From the NCBI RefSeq assembly GCF_009914755.1, contig NC_060948.1: a DNA stretch of 64,000 nt, one strand, 5' to 3'. The DNA is from the human T2T-CHM13v2.0 reference genome, Homo sapiens. The notes beneath the pieces were generated by a model. That model searched no databases. It saw only the letters and a list, made by a program, of their open reading frames with translations, and had not been told where the DNA came from. The translations under genes were made by a program, and so were the position numbers. Position 1 is the first letter of the stretch. Each line of letters begins with the position of its first letter. Shown piece by piece: positions 12,050 through 23,641 of the stretch.

Positions 12050-13725
12050 TCGGTCTCTGCCAGCCCAATTAAGTTGATGCCTGGCTCCCTCATGGTGTGG
12101 TGGTCCTTGGCTGGCTGTTTGATAGTTTTGTGTCCTCTGTTATTTCTTTTACTACCCTCTAAACACTTATTTTTCCAGGGACCCCCTTTTTTTGCAGTGC
12201 AAATATTGATCTCTATCTAGTCTCAGCTGACTTTTGGGTCTCTGCCCTGCTTGGCCCCTTCCACATCTGAGTCTGCATCTGCATCTGCTTGTGATGATAG
12301 CTTCCCTTTCCATGAGGGCTGCCACTAGTAGATCGGCCTTCTTCCTGAGTCTCCAATCAGCCTCACTTTGTGCTTTCTGGTCACAGTTAACATACACCTT
12401 CGTGGCCAATTCTGAAAGCTGGGTGGCATTCATGCCTGCAAAACCATCTAGCTTTTGCACTTTTCATCTTATGTCCCCCTGGGCTTGTCCTACAAATGCT
12501 GCATTTACTATCTGCTGGTTCTTATCCTTGGGGTCAAATGGAGTGTAAAGCCAGAATGCCTCAAACAGTTTCTAATAAAACTTGCTAGGGCTCTCGTCAG
12601 TTTCTTGAAGCACTTCTGAGATTTTTTCTATATTGATTACCTGTTTTCTGCCTTCCTTTAGCCTTTGCAAGAGTGGTTTTCAGTATGCCTGCAGATGCTG
12701 AAACTGGTCAAATCATCTGGGTCCCAGTGGGAGTGTGCTTCTGGGAACTGGACCTGAGAGTATGCCTGGAAATTAAATGTGCCTTCTGGCACATGGGCTT
12801 CTGGCCAGTTGAGGGCTGAATGAGCCATCCTTCCATGCTCTTTGGTGTTAAACAGCATCAGGAGAAGATGTTTACTATCTGGACAAATTGAATTATGTGT
12901 CTGGAAAATGGACTGTATCAGATCTATGAGGGCCAGGGGCTTCTTCATGTAGGAGAGAATATGGTGTTTCCAGTTAGGGGATCAGTGATTGAAATAGGCT
13001 GGTAGATAAGGGTCCATTTCCCCCCTTACGTATGGCCATATTCATCAAAGTAGAGGCCTCCCCAAGTCTCCTTGAAAGGCATCTGCAGAACCAGGGCATG
13101 GCCATAGCAGAGGCAGCTCACTTGATTATTCTGACACTCCTCCTTGACCTCCTGGGGCAGGGGCTCTGATTTCTCCCTTTGGGGTGAAACCCAGGGTGTG
13201 TCACCATCTGAATTTGACTCCTCATGGGCCATTGGCCTTGGTAAAAGGGGGCTAATTGGGGTATAGGGAGGAGGGATTTCTGTCTCTTCTGGTGGTTTCC
13301 ACAAAGCCAGTTTTTCTTGCCCTTCTTATGGCTTTCCCTTTTTCTCCATTGCTGCTGGTGAAGCTGATTCCTCTTTCACTTTAGGCTCAGCTTGAGCAAC
13401 AAGCGTTTTGCAGTAAGCCATCAGGAAAGACTGTAGCCATGCTGGTTGGGATGATATTTAGCCATAAGTCAATATAAAAAAATTGGTCTGGATACCCTGG
13501 CTATTCTCTGACCCCAGTCACCACTTGATGTGCATGGTCAATTATTCCCCATCTATTGTTCCTTCAGCTGGCCACCCAACACTAAAATAGGGCTTCTCTA
13601 TTTTACAAAGACTCTTTTACCTCTGGGGAGTCGACTTGATACTACAATTCCCAGTGTAACATTTCTTAAACTTTTTAACGTGTATTCTAATATGGTGGGT
13701 TTTGACAACTTCCCTCACATCTCCT
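12050..13725 (-). pseudogene. ERV gag remnants
   Basis: ORF fragments 13026-13304 (EIPPPY), 12658-12948 (ALIDLIQSIFQTHN) and 12167-12460 (QKLDGFAGMNATQL...LDRDQ). Confidence 0.85.
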
Positions 13726-14390
13726 CCCAGTTATAGTGTCATACACTTACTCTTTTACTTTTGCTTCAGAATGATTAGACCACCTCTCCTGTGGGAGTAT
13801 TTCAGATGATGCTTAGCTTTAATGGATGGTTTGTATAACCCCTGAACCCAGACCACCACAATCACTAAATTGTGTGGTGCCTGACTAAGCCATATGTGGT
13901 AGTTCCGGAGGACATATGCCAGTAATCCTGGTTGGTCCCACACTTCACTTGGGACATATGGTCTATGCTAAGAGACTTGCAGCCCCACATACATCGCCCT
14001 ACTCTTGCACATGCATTCACACAGTTTCCACTCTCAGTTCCTCTTCAGAGGTTATGGTGTAGGTTTCATCTGAATTAGAGAGCAAATCTTGTGTCCTGAT
14101 TTGGATAACTAGATACGCACTGGGAGGTGATCAGACTCCCATTCCATCTTTATGGTATGGGTCCTTCCTTGGGCCCCAAACCTTCCCATGGTTCAGCAGC
14201 ATGCTGTCCCTGGAATTGTCCTGTAGCCCCTTAAGTTCCATTGTGCTTTCGGGGGGTGCACAGGGTCACAGGACATCTGGCCTCTCTTTCAGGTTGAAGT
14301 TCTTCTGATGGTGCACCTGGGGTCACAGGTCTTTCCTGGCCTGGAGCTCCAGTCTGACAGGCAAAAGAAACAGCATACCTGTTGTCTCCA

Positions 14391-14408
14391 ATCCTGGATG
14401 AGCTCCCA
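14391..14408 (-). promoter_or_regulatory. Retroviral primer-binding site, tRNA-Pro type
   Basis: TGGGAGCTCATCCAGGAT vs canonical Pro PBS TGGGGGCTCGTCCGGGAT (3 G>A differences), 5 nt from the LTR end. Confidence 0.8.
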
Positions 14409-14540
14409 GAAAATGTTGCAGGAATTAAGGAATAGTAGAGACCAGTGGGTGGAAAAGAAGAATTGTATTGTGTGCACCCTGATTTAACAGATTAACATTT
14501 AAACACTGAGCCCCAAACAAAGACAGGGCTTGACTTTTGA

Positions 14541-14860
14541 GTAGCTTGGATATTCTCTCTAGAAGTGTTCTTTGGATTTGTGTGTTGGTAGGTCATCCTC
14601 TTCTGGTTCATTGACTGGGAGAAAACAGTATTTCCTTGAAGCCCTTTTTATCTGTGCCTATTGGACTTTGTCAATTAGAAGCTTCTACAGTCCATCATCT
14701 GGGATACATGAAAGACCTAAAAATCCCAGTAAATTTACATACTGTCACTCTTCAAGTTGTGAAGTCCCTAGAGAAAATGTCTTTCTCTTTCTACTTTTCA
14801 GAGTCTGTGTTTCCCTTCTGACATTATGTCAGAAACATTGGTGTGTTGCAGTGTAACTGG
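14541..14860 (-). mobile_element. Old L1M-type fragment abutting the truncated LTR
   Basis: Degenerate antisense L1-ORF1-like text; subfamily uncertain. Confidence 0.4.
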
Positions 14861-16063
14861 GAATTCTAAAAAGTGAAAGTTATAGAAAGGCTTTTAAAGT
14901 ATCATGCAAAGAAATCATAGGAAGATAATATTACAGAGAATGGCATGATTAGATATACCTACAATGAACTGATTGTATAAAATAAAGTTTTCACCAAAAT
15001 TAAATAATCTCAAAGAAGTTTTTATAATATATGTGAAATATATGTGAAATAGCCAATGATTTATAGCATATAAATAATATAGGACAGTGAAGAAAAGATA
15101 GAATACCTTCCATACACTTGGAAAAATAATACCATTGGCAATGTTTTCAGAAAATGTAAGCAAAAATATGTCTTGCTTCAACTGCAGAAGGGATATAGTA
15201 ATAACACCTTTCTCAGAGGTTTTCTTTGTTAAGTAACAAGTGATTTGATAGAAATCAAGCACTTATTTCTAGCTCTCTGGAGCAAAGTGAAAATTTGCAA
15301 AAGCAACTCTCATGACACCCAGAGACTATAAGTGTAAGACAAAATTATTTTTTAAAAATTCAAACTCACTATCAAGAAAAACATCATTTCTGAGGTTTGG
15401 ACTCCAATAATATTGGTTGAGATTAACCTTAGTAGTTTGTTGAAGTAGTCAATTGAAGAGTAAAGTTGGATATACTCCCAGGAAAGAAACCATTTCTTTG
15501 TTCAAGAGGGCTGGACCCCCTGCCTAAATCATTGGTGAAAGTTCATATTGCTCAGACATTTAGTGGGAACATTTGAGTCAATACTGAAAGCCATGCCCAC
15601 AGATACTGGGATCTAACACAGAATGAGGTTTTTACTCAAAGCCATGACTTAAAATTTCATATCTCAACCTCTATCCAGTGTGATATTCTAGACTGAAGAG
15701 ATGATTTTCATATTACCTGAAAGATACAACTACCTTAAAATAAGAAACTGGAATAAAATACTAGATTGAACAATTAAGTTCTTAAAAACCTGAAAAGATT
15801 AACATAAAACTGCCCACCCACCAATAATAACTTTACATTTAAAAGGTTAACTTTCATTTACCACTTCAAAGACAACATTGCAAAATCAATGTTGGAAGTT
15901 CCATGCCCTAAGAGATAGTCAAGATGCTTAGGGGTCACCCTCAAAAATGAAAAGTTAAATCAAAAGAGTCTTCATAATAACTAGGGTTAGGTGTTTTTGG
16001 GGATGAAGAAATGGAATCTAAGGGAAAAACAAGTGGGTAACAGGATACAAATTTTTTAAATAG

Positions 16064-16415
<352 letters not shown>

Positions 16416-16487
16416 GTTTGTTTTTTATACAGAAGATTCAGCATAAATATAGCAAGAATAAGTAATTTCCTAAGTAGATGTGAAAGT

Positions 16488-16720
16488 AAGGTTGCCAGAT
16501 GTAGGGGGAAAATACAGGAATTTAAATATCACATTTTAATTTGAAATTTGGCAATGTATTGACAAACAACAAAGAATTATATTTCAGTATAAGTCTGTCC
16601 ATGCAATATTGAGAATATTACTAAATTACAAAGCTATTGAGAATTATACTAAAATGCTGTTTGTTGTTTATTTAAAATGAAAATGTAACTGGGAATCCTT
16701 CATTTTATCTGGTGGCCATA
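16488..16720. mobile_element. MER53-like palindromic DNA-transposon relic
   Basis: aggttgccagat...aaaatacagga ... tcagtataagtctgtccatgcaata ... cattttatctggtggcc, with inverted termini. Confidence 0.65.
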
Positions 16721-17974
16721 CATGAAAGGGAAGTTATGAAAGTTGAGCTCAGATTAGGAAACTTTCATCTGCATTTAAAAAAAACACCATGAGACAAAAA
16801 TGTTTAGAAAGGGCAACAGGCAGAATACAAAAATTATCTCTACACAGAATATTATTCCACATATGTTTTTGTTACTTAGAGATACATTTTTCAACTTATG
16901 AAGACTATGCAAATATCAAAGACCTATCAAAACACCAAGGAAAAGAAGAATAAAGGTTTCCTTGTTTCCTTTTTTTAGCAAGAAGAATAAATATCCAAAT
17001 GAAAGAGGTATTACAAGAATTTTTTATGAGGCTAATAAATGTGTTACTTTGTTAGAAAAAAGTTAACTAACTGGGTTCTACTGATAAGCTAAGAAAGTTT
17101 AGAAATATCGTGACAAATGTCAAAAGCAGGAAAAGAAATAAATATGAGTAAGAAAATTAAATCAACACAATTAGGAAAATAGGTGGCAGGTGGGGAAGGG
17201 GAGAGAAGAACTAAGGCAGATATGCCAAAGCAGAGACAAAGAAAATCTAGGGTAGAACAACTCTCTAATCAGATATTAGTTAGAGAGCTATGAGAGTAAC
17301 CATATTAGATGTAAACGGTTTATATTTCTGTGTTAAAATATAAAGTACTCTAATATTAGATTGAGAAAAAATTGCTTTTACCTAGAAATAATCACCCTGA
17401 AATATTGAAAATAAAGGTTTAGAGAAAATCAACAGGTATTTATCAAAAAAGTAAGGTCACTGATATTATACAAGGCAAAGGAGAGTTTTAAGGAAAATAC
17501 AAACAATAAAGAGGGATAATAAAATATAATTTATAAGGTAACAGACAAAATAAGAAATATCAAAATATGAAAATATATTTTAAAGATAATATAACAGTCA
17601 CAAATTTAAATGTCTCAGCAGCATTGTCTCAACCTACACCTGAGGCAAATTTTATGAATATCTATTTATGTAGACAAATCCCAATTGTAGTGAGAGGTGT
17701 TTAATATATTACTCACTTAGACTGATGAGTATACAGAAATTTAATAGTTAATAGATATACTTTGCAATGTTTATGTACTTACTTTTCTTCAGTTTTTTAA
17801 AGTGAAGCCTAGTAGTAGAGCACATTTTCAGGATTTGACAGCTCTGCTAGTAGAGAAAGAATTAATACAGAATAACCCTCATCCCCTTTAACATCAAGTC
17901 TATCTAATCTAAGTAGCACCTTGCTTTACCTTCTGACATGCTTACTAGTCATCATGCTCAACCTTCTTTTCCAG

Positions 17975-20060
17975 ATCCACTTTCTCATGATACTGTCTTC
18001 TAACTGGCTTACATGGATGCCAGCAAAATGCAGGCTTACCAGGGTATCAAAGCAAAGAAAGAACACGAACTGCAAGATATCCAGTTTCTCTAAAAGGAGT
18101 AACTCACTTCTTACACATAAATGTTTGCCAGAGTGTTTCAGCCAACACATTGACAGCTCTGACAAATTATCAGACAACTGCTCTGCATTACAGATGTATA
18201 TCCCACCAAACTAAAGTAGACGTTCAAACACCTTTCTGTCTCAAGCTGCTGAGATGTAGCTCCCGGAATACCTTCCAGTGAGTACATCTTTTTCTTTAGA
18301 GCAAATATTGCAGGTTATATGTTAGCAATTTTAAAAGGTAACACTTTGACAAAATGACCTTTCACTCTGGAAATTTGTGGCACATTCACATTTGCTGCTA
18401 GAACATTTCTCTCAAGACACTCAATGGAATATGTGATACTCTTTGATAAGGACCTGTGACATGCCAGCATCAAAAGATGAGATGATAAATTCATATATAT
18501 GCTATCTATTCTCAAATAAGTGTTACCTACATAGGAAATAAAGTGAAATTGGTGTGAAGTTTCAATTCTGACAGCTGGCACTTATTAAACTTTGGCGCAT
18601 AAGTAACGTGATTCATCTCATGACTTTTTAAATTAGCTTTCTCTCCGAAGTCCGTGTCCCATTAATTTCCTCAGCCAAGAAGAAAATATTTTTCAATAAT
18701 CCTAAAAGTAGGTACAATTCTGCTGACTCTACTAGATACTCTAAAAAATCTAGATTCAGACTCATTGACAAGAATTCCAGAAGCACTTTTATAATAGGTT
18801 TTATTTCAACAAAATACTGATCTAGTTTTTATTATCCTTGAGAAATAAATGTCATCTCTGCCTTAAAGAGTATTTGGTATACATTTTTCAGAATTTATAT
18901 CAAAACCAATGACCTAAATATCTTTCACAGAATTTCGTTCTATGTATTTTTTTAAATTAAGAATTTTTACCTCACCAAAACAACCACCAGTTTAAACTAT
19001 TTTTCAGTGCTCTGGGTAAACAGTTTCACATCCACTATCTAAAACCTAATTTCAAATTGGCCAAAGATCTGTAACCTTTGACTTCTATAGACTTGAAGAT
19101 GTAAGTAATTTAAATTAGGGTTGGTATTTCATTTTCTTCTTATCTAAATCTTAATTCCTTGGAATAACAAAGTTTGGTGTTGCATAAGAAAACTTCCTGA
19201 GTTTAAGACATTTTCAAAAGAAATTTGCCTTCTGCCTTATTGTATTCCAGATATTCAGTGACTATAGTTACAGTGTGTTAGTGATGGTAAATTCTGTGCA
19301 GTTCTTTATGAAATACTCTACATAACTGTTAGGTACATCAGTGTTTTTCAAATGGGCTGCTTAATACAGGATCCATTGTGTATATTCACCTTAAAATTTA
19401 ACTTGTGATTTGGCTGTTTCCTGGATTTGAGAGCACCACATGTGCAGAAATGTACTCAAAATTAAGAAAGGAAGTACAATTTTATATGGATGCTATTAAA
19501 TTTGAACATCAAGTATCACATGTATCAGTGGGTTTTTCTTTTTTTTTATTTTTATTTTTTTGGTTACTCTATAAAAATGCCTGTTTGGGATTTTTTAATT
19601 TTAACTGAGAGAAGTTCTCTTCTGTATAGAACAAATATTCCAAAATAGTTACGTGTTTTGTTTTCCTGTTGCATGACAAAATTAACTATTATTTCCAGCA
19701 ATGGTGGTGCCTTCAGAGTCCAGTATTGCAGAAGATGTAGTGCCTCAAGTCTAATTTTAACTTTCTAATTCTGGTAGCTATTGTCAGAAACTTTTGAAAG
19801 CTTTGTTTATGTAGCCTTATTTTTTATGTAAAGAGAATTAAATTTTGCTATGTATAATTTTTTGTAATCTAACAGTTAATCCACATTGTCAATCAGTGTC
19901 AAGGGCTTCCTATTGTTCTACTCAAGTGTTACAATAAGTATTTGTAGATAATAGTTAATCCTTGTCTATGCTTATTTTAAAGATCTATATTGGTGAAAAT
20001 AGTTGTGGATATATTAAGAGAAATGAAATAAAAGTATAGCTTCATTCACTTGCCTTTTTA
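17975..20060 (+). pseudogene. GPM6BP: GPM6B pseudogene: terminal coding exon (17975-18120, frameshifted) plus 3'UTR
   Basis: Acceptor ttttccag| then IHFLMILSSNW..DASKMQAYQGIKAKKEHELQDIQ...TSYT*, versus the GPM6B C-terminus IHFLMILSSNWAYLKDASKMQAYQDIKAKEEQELQDIQSRSKEQLNSYT; AATAAA near 20027. Confidence 0.9.
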
Positions 20061-21017
20061 CTTTATACAAATCTTATCTTTCTTTTTCCCTAGTATGCTG
20101 TGACTTTTGAATAATGTGCGTAGTAAAGATTTCACACTGGTGTGGTAGTCAAGTCTGTGAGTGCTACTTGGTTTATTTCTGGAAAATTTTCTTCAGCCAT
20201 TTAAGAAAATATTATAATCTACCGGGCTGTACTGGGTATAAAAGTGCCAAAAGCACTTCTGTAGTTTTCTGTATATAGTAAGTACTTTCCTGACTAGTTT
20301 TGAAACAAATAAAAGCCACCTACCTATGAGATTAACAAGGCTTAAACTTGTGCAAATTACAAGCAATCAGTGCCCATGTGTAGTTGTTTATTTTTCAAAT
20401 CGATGGTATAAAAATTGAAAGATTTACTCAGAAATATAGAGCAACCAGTTCTAACAATTACTCTCTAGAGTTGCAGAGCTAAATATGTTACTCAGAGTAT
20501 TATTATATAATGTTTTTCAACTCCTTATTTGTCAATATAATTCTGAATTTGGATTGTCCGCATCTGACCTTTTTTAGTGAGGCCTAGCCTTTGTCACTAT
20601 TGACACATGCCTACTCTTCATTGAGGTGCTGACTCTGGATCATCATCCTTTATTCATACATGACAGAAAAACAGTCAACAGTTCAATTAGTGTGCTATTT
20701 GTCACCTTCCTTTCTTCCTACTTTTAAGTAGCATTTTGTGCAATTATTTAAGTCACATGAATAGACAGGAAACTAAATAATACATAGATGTGATCACAGG
20801 CAGCCTCTAAATTATCCACAGTGATTCTGCCAAAAAACCTAGGACAATCTACAGGTTTCAGTAGAGATTTTTTTTTCCAGTTCTGCATTGTAAACGTTGA
20901 TTTTTAGAAAATAAAAATGAAATCAATTGTAAAGAAGGAGCCGTGTGTTTTAAAATTAATGAAACACTTGAAGCCCATTCATTAAGTATGAGGACCAATG
21001 GTTCCACAATAAAGATG

Positions 21018-21391
21018 CTATCTCAGTACCTTCCTGCTGCAATAACACAATACATTGGACTGGGTAACTTATAAAACCAGAAGTAAATTTCTTACAGTTT
21101 TAGAGACTGAGAAGTCCAAGATCAAGGCATTGATGGTCTCCATGTCTGGTGAAGGCCTGGTCTCTGCTTCCAAGACGGCACCTTGTTGCTGCCTTCTCTA
21201 GAGAGGACAAATACAGTGTCTTCTAATGGTGGAAGGGCTAAAAAGCTTTGTTAGTTCCATTGAGTTCTTTTATAAGGTCGCTAATTGCTCTCTTATTTGC
21301 CTCCCAAAATCTTGAATTTTTACTTCTACCATTCTGGGGTGTTTAAATTCCAACATATAAATTCTGGAGGGACACAATTACTAAAGCCACA
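21018..21391 (-). mobile_element. MLT1A-like MaLR solo LTR (paralog of 2074-2447)
   Basis: Same motifs and same flanks as copy A. Confidence 0.75.
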
Positions 21392-21883
21392 GGCATCAAA
21401 TGCAAAGACCAGAGGCAATATTGTACTATTTCTAATGCCTAGAAAAATCTGTATTTTAGTGTTCAGGTAGAAAACAGAAATGTGCTGGGAAAAATGGCCT
21501 CTTGTTTTACAGAAGGCAGCCCAGCTCTTCAGAGGAAAGAACACAGCTCACCCTTCCCAAATATAGGCCTAGATTTGACAAATAAGATAGGTTAAACACA
21601 TTTAAAAATTTGAGACCAAAATAAGAATGTTTTTTAAAAAGAACAGCTCCTTTTAGTGTAATGAATGAGACATTTTATGACTGGAAAAGGGGTTTCACTT
21701 GACTCGATTATTCTTGGTTCATACACTATAGTATCAAATGCAATTAGGAAAAAACAAATACACTGGATTACACAGTGATTTCTATCGAGAGTTTTGTCTG
21801 ATGACAGAGAAACATTTACAAAGGGGTAAATGTTATGTATCTTCTCATTATATTTGCAATAGAAGCTGGAGAGCAAACCTGGT

Positions 21884-21925
21884 TTTCAAGAGTGATCTGG
21901 TCCTTCATGAGAAAATCCTGTTCAA
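21884..21925 (-). pseudogene. OFD1P: OFD1 terminal exon 23 coding remnant
   Basis: ACAGGATTTTCTCATGAAGGACCAGATCACTCTTGA = TGFSHEGPDHS*, versus OFD1 TGFSHEELDDSW*; acceptor AG mutated. Confidence 0.8.
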
Positions 21926-22223
21926 TTACCAAAGGGGAGACAAAAATTAAAACGTAAAAATTTTGAAAATTTGTGTCAGATTTATTTGGTATCTTTGTAA
22001 TGTTCTCAATTTATTTTCTGGGGAGTTTCTGGTCTTGCTTATCAATTATATTAGGATCAATTTCACAAGTTAGAAAATCCAATCCTTTCTTTTTATAGTC
22101 AGTAATTCTGACTGATTCAATAACTTCTTACAGGCAACCTCAAATTTCTAACCATTTCTTTTGGCTGAAAAAATAAGCAATTAACCGTTCACACATAAAA
22201 CACAGTGTGGGGAAACCAAGTCC

Positions 22224-22290
22224 ATTTCAACTTTGTCACTAGATTGAAGCATGTCTATAGGGAGCCTTCCTGAATCACCTTTCTTGAGCT
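22224..22290 (-). pseudogene. OFD1P: OFD1 exon 22 remnant
   Basis: atcag|[21 protein letters not shown] with a 1-nt frameshift, versus [22 protein letters not shown]. Confidence 0.88.
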
Positions 22291-23486
22291 CTGATTACCT
22301 GGGGGAAAGGGAAGAATTTTGAAATTAGGTATGCATTAATTTTATGAAATACTTGGCTAAGAACCATTTTTGAAACATACATGTAATTTGAAAGCCTAAA
22401 AAAGCAGTGATTTATAAACACAAAATTTAGCAAGCACATCAAAATAAACCATAAGGTATGCATTTAACACCATGATGCTTCTGACATATAAAATATTAAT
22501 GTCAGTACTAATGTCCTTGTTATATGATAATAGTTTTTTTTCTCTTGGTCCTAAAACAGTGAACCACCCTACCTTACAAATTTTGACAAACTAAAATCTC
22601 TTAAATATTTTATCTTAAGAATGAAATATTTTATCTTAAATGTTTATCGGAAGAGTAATACCTTTAAAAGACTCGAGGTTCCATCTGAACTTTCGATTTT
22701 TTATGCTTTTCACCTTTTTGTCTTCAACGGAGAAGAAAGATTACTTGGATGTGCATTCTTGTTTCGAGAAGTAAAAATAAACCACAGAAGCCCTGTGTGT
22801 CCCCGCCCACAGTGTGTGTGCCAGTGAACTAATTTTTCATAATGGAAGTCATTCCTATCATCAATGGAAAACAAATAGATCATCTCAATGAAGGAAGCCA
22901 TTAATTTCCCTCAAGTGTCCTGCGCTTTAGATTTGAATTAACCAGGAATCCAGGGAACATTCTTATGTTACAGTAATTCAAGCAAGACTTAACAAGGTTG
23001 TTAAGTGGACAGAGTAATCCATCTGATAGGACAAGAATCAGAATACAGATGTGAAGAAGAGAACCTGAGGAAAAAGGGGTGCAGCATACGCCCCTGGAAG
23101 CAAACTTGGACTGGCAGCCATCTCCACCTTTGGGTTCTTCTAGTACCAGCTAGCTGACACTGACAGCCTCTTCCTTAAACTCTGATTTCAAAGCAACATT
23201 CTGAAGCAAAGCACAGTCTACTTTTTTACAGCCTTATTTAAGGATCAGATGAGAATGCACAAAAATTACCTTCAAAAACAACCATTTACTACCAAACTCC
23301 TAAGCTGCATATTCTACACAGCATTTCTCACTGCTTGTAAGACAAGAAGAGGACAGGGATTCCTTTTCGGGCACCTGCCACTCCTCTGAATTTGGACACT
23401 AATTGACTCCCTTCACTCACCTCAATGTAGTTACTAAAGGTGAACAATGCAGCAACTTGTACAGAGAATTAAGTCATAATTATTAC

Positions 23487-23641
23487 CCTTTCTTGATCCA
23501 GTTTTTCTAGTTCCCTCTGTTCCCTTTCTAAAATGTAGGTTACTCTGCCTTTTTTTCTTCTCTCTGCCTTCATTCTTTCACTTGCTGTTTCCACATTTTT
23601 TTCTTCTTCCTTTTGTTCTTCAATTTCTTTCTGATCTAGAT
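23487..23641 (-). pseudogene. OFD1P: OFD1 exon 20 remnant
   Basis: DQKEIEEQKEEEK...ILEREQRELEKLDQER|gtaat, versus DQKQIEEQKEEEK...VLERERRELEKLYQER. Confidence 0.9.

Larger units (their letters stand above)
5705..14540 (-). mobile_element. ERV3/HERV3-like (class I, HERV-ERI group) provirus; gag-pro-pol-env all disrupted; 5' LTR truncated
   Basis: LTRs at 5705-6267 and 14414-14540; PPT at 6268-6288; PBS at 14391-14408; gag fragments (PPPY, zinc-knuckle remnant), protease (FMVNTSSKHSVV), RT (LQYINDLLL), RNase H (NVYTDSKY), IN and env. Confidence 0.93.
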
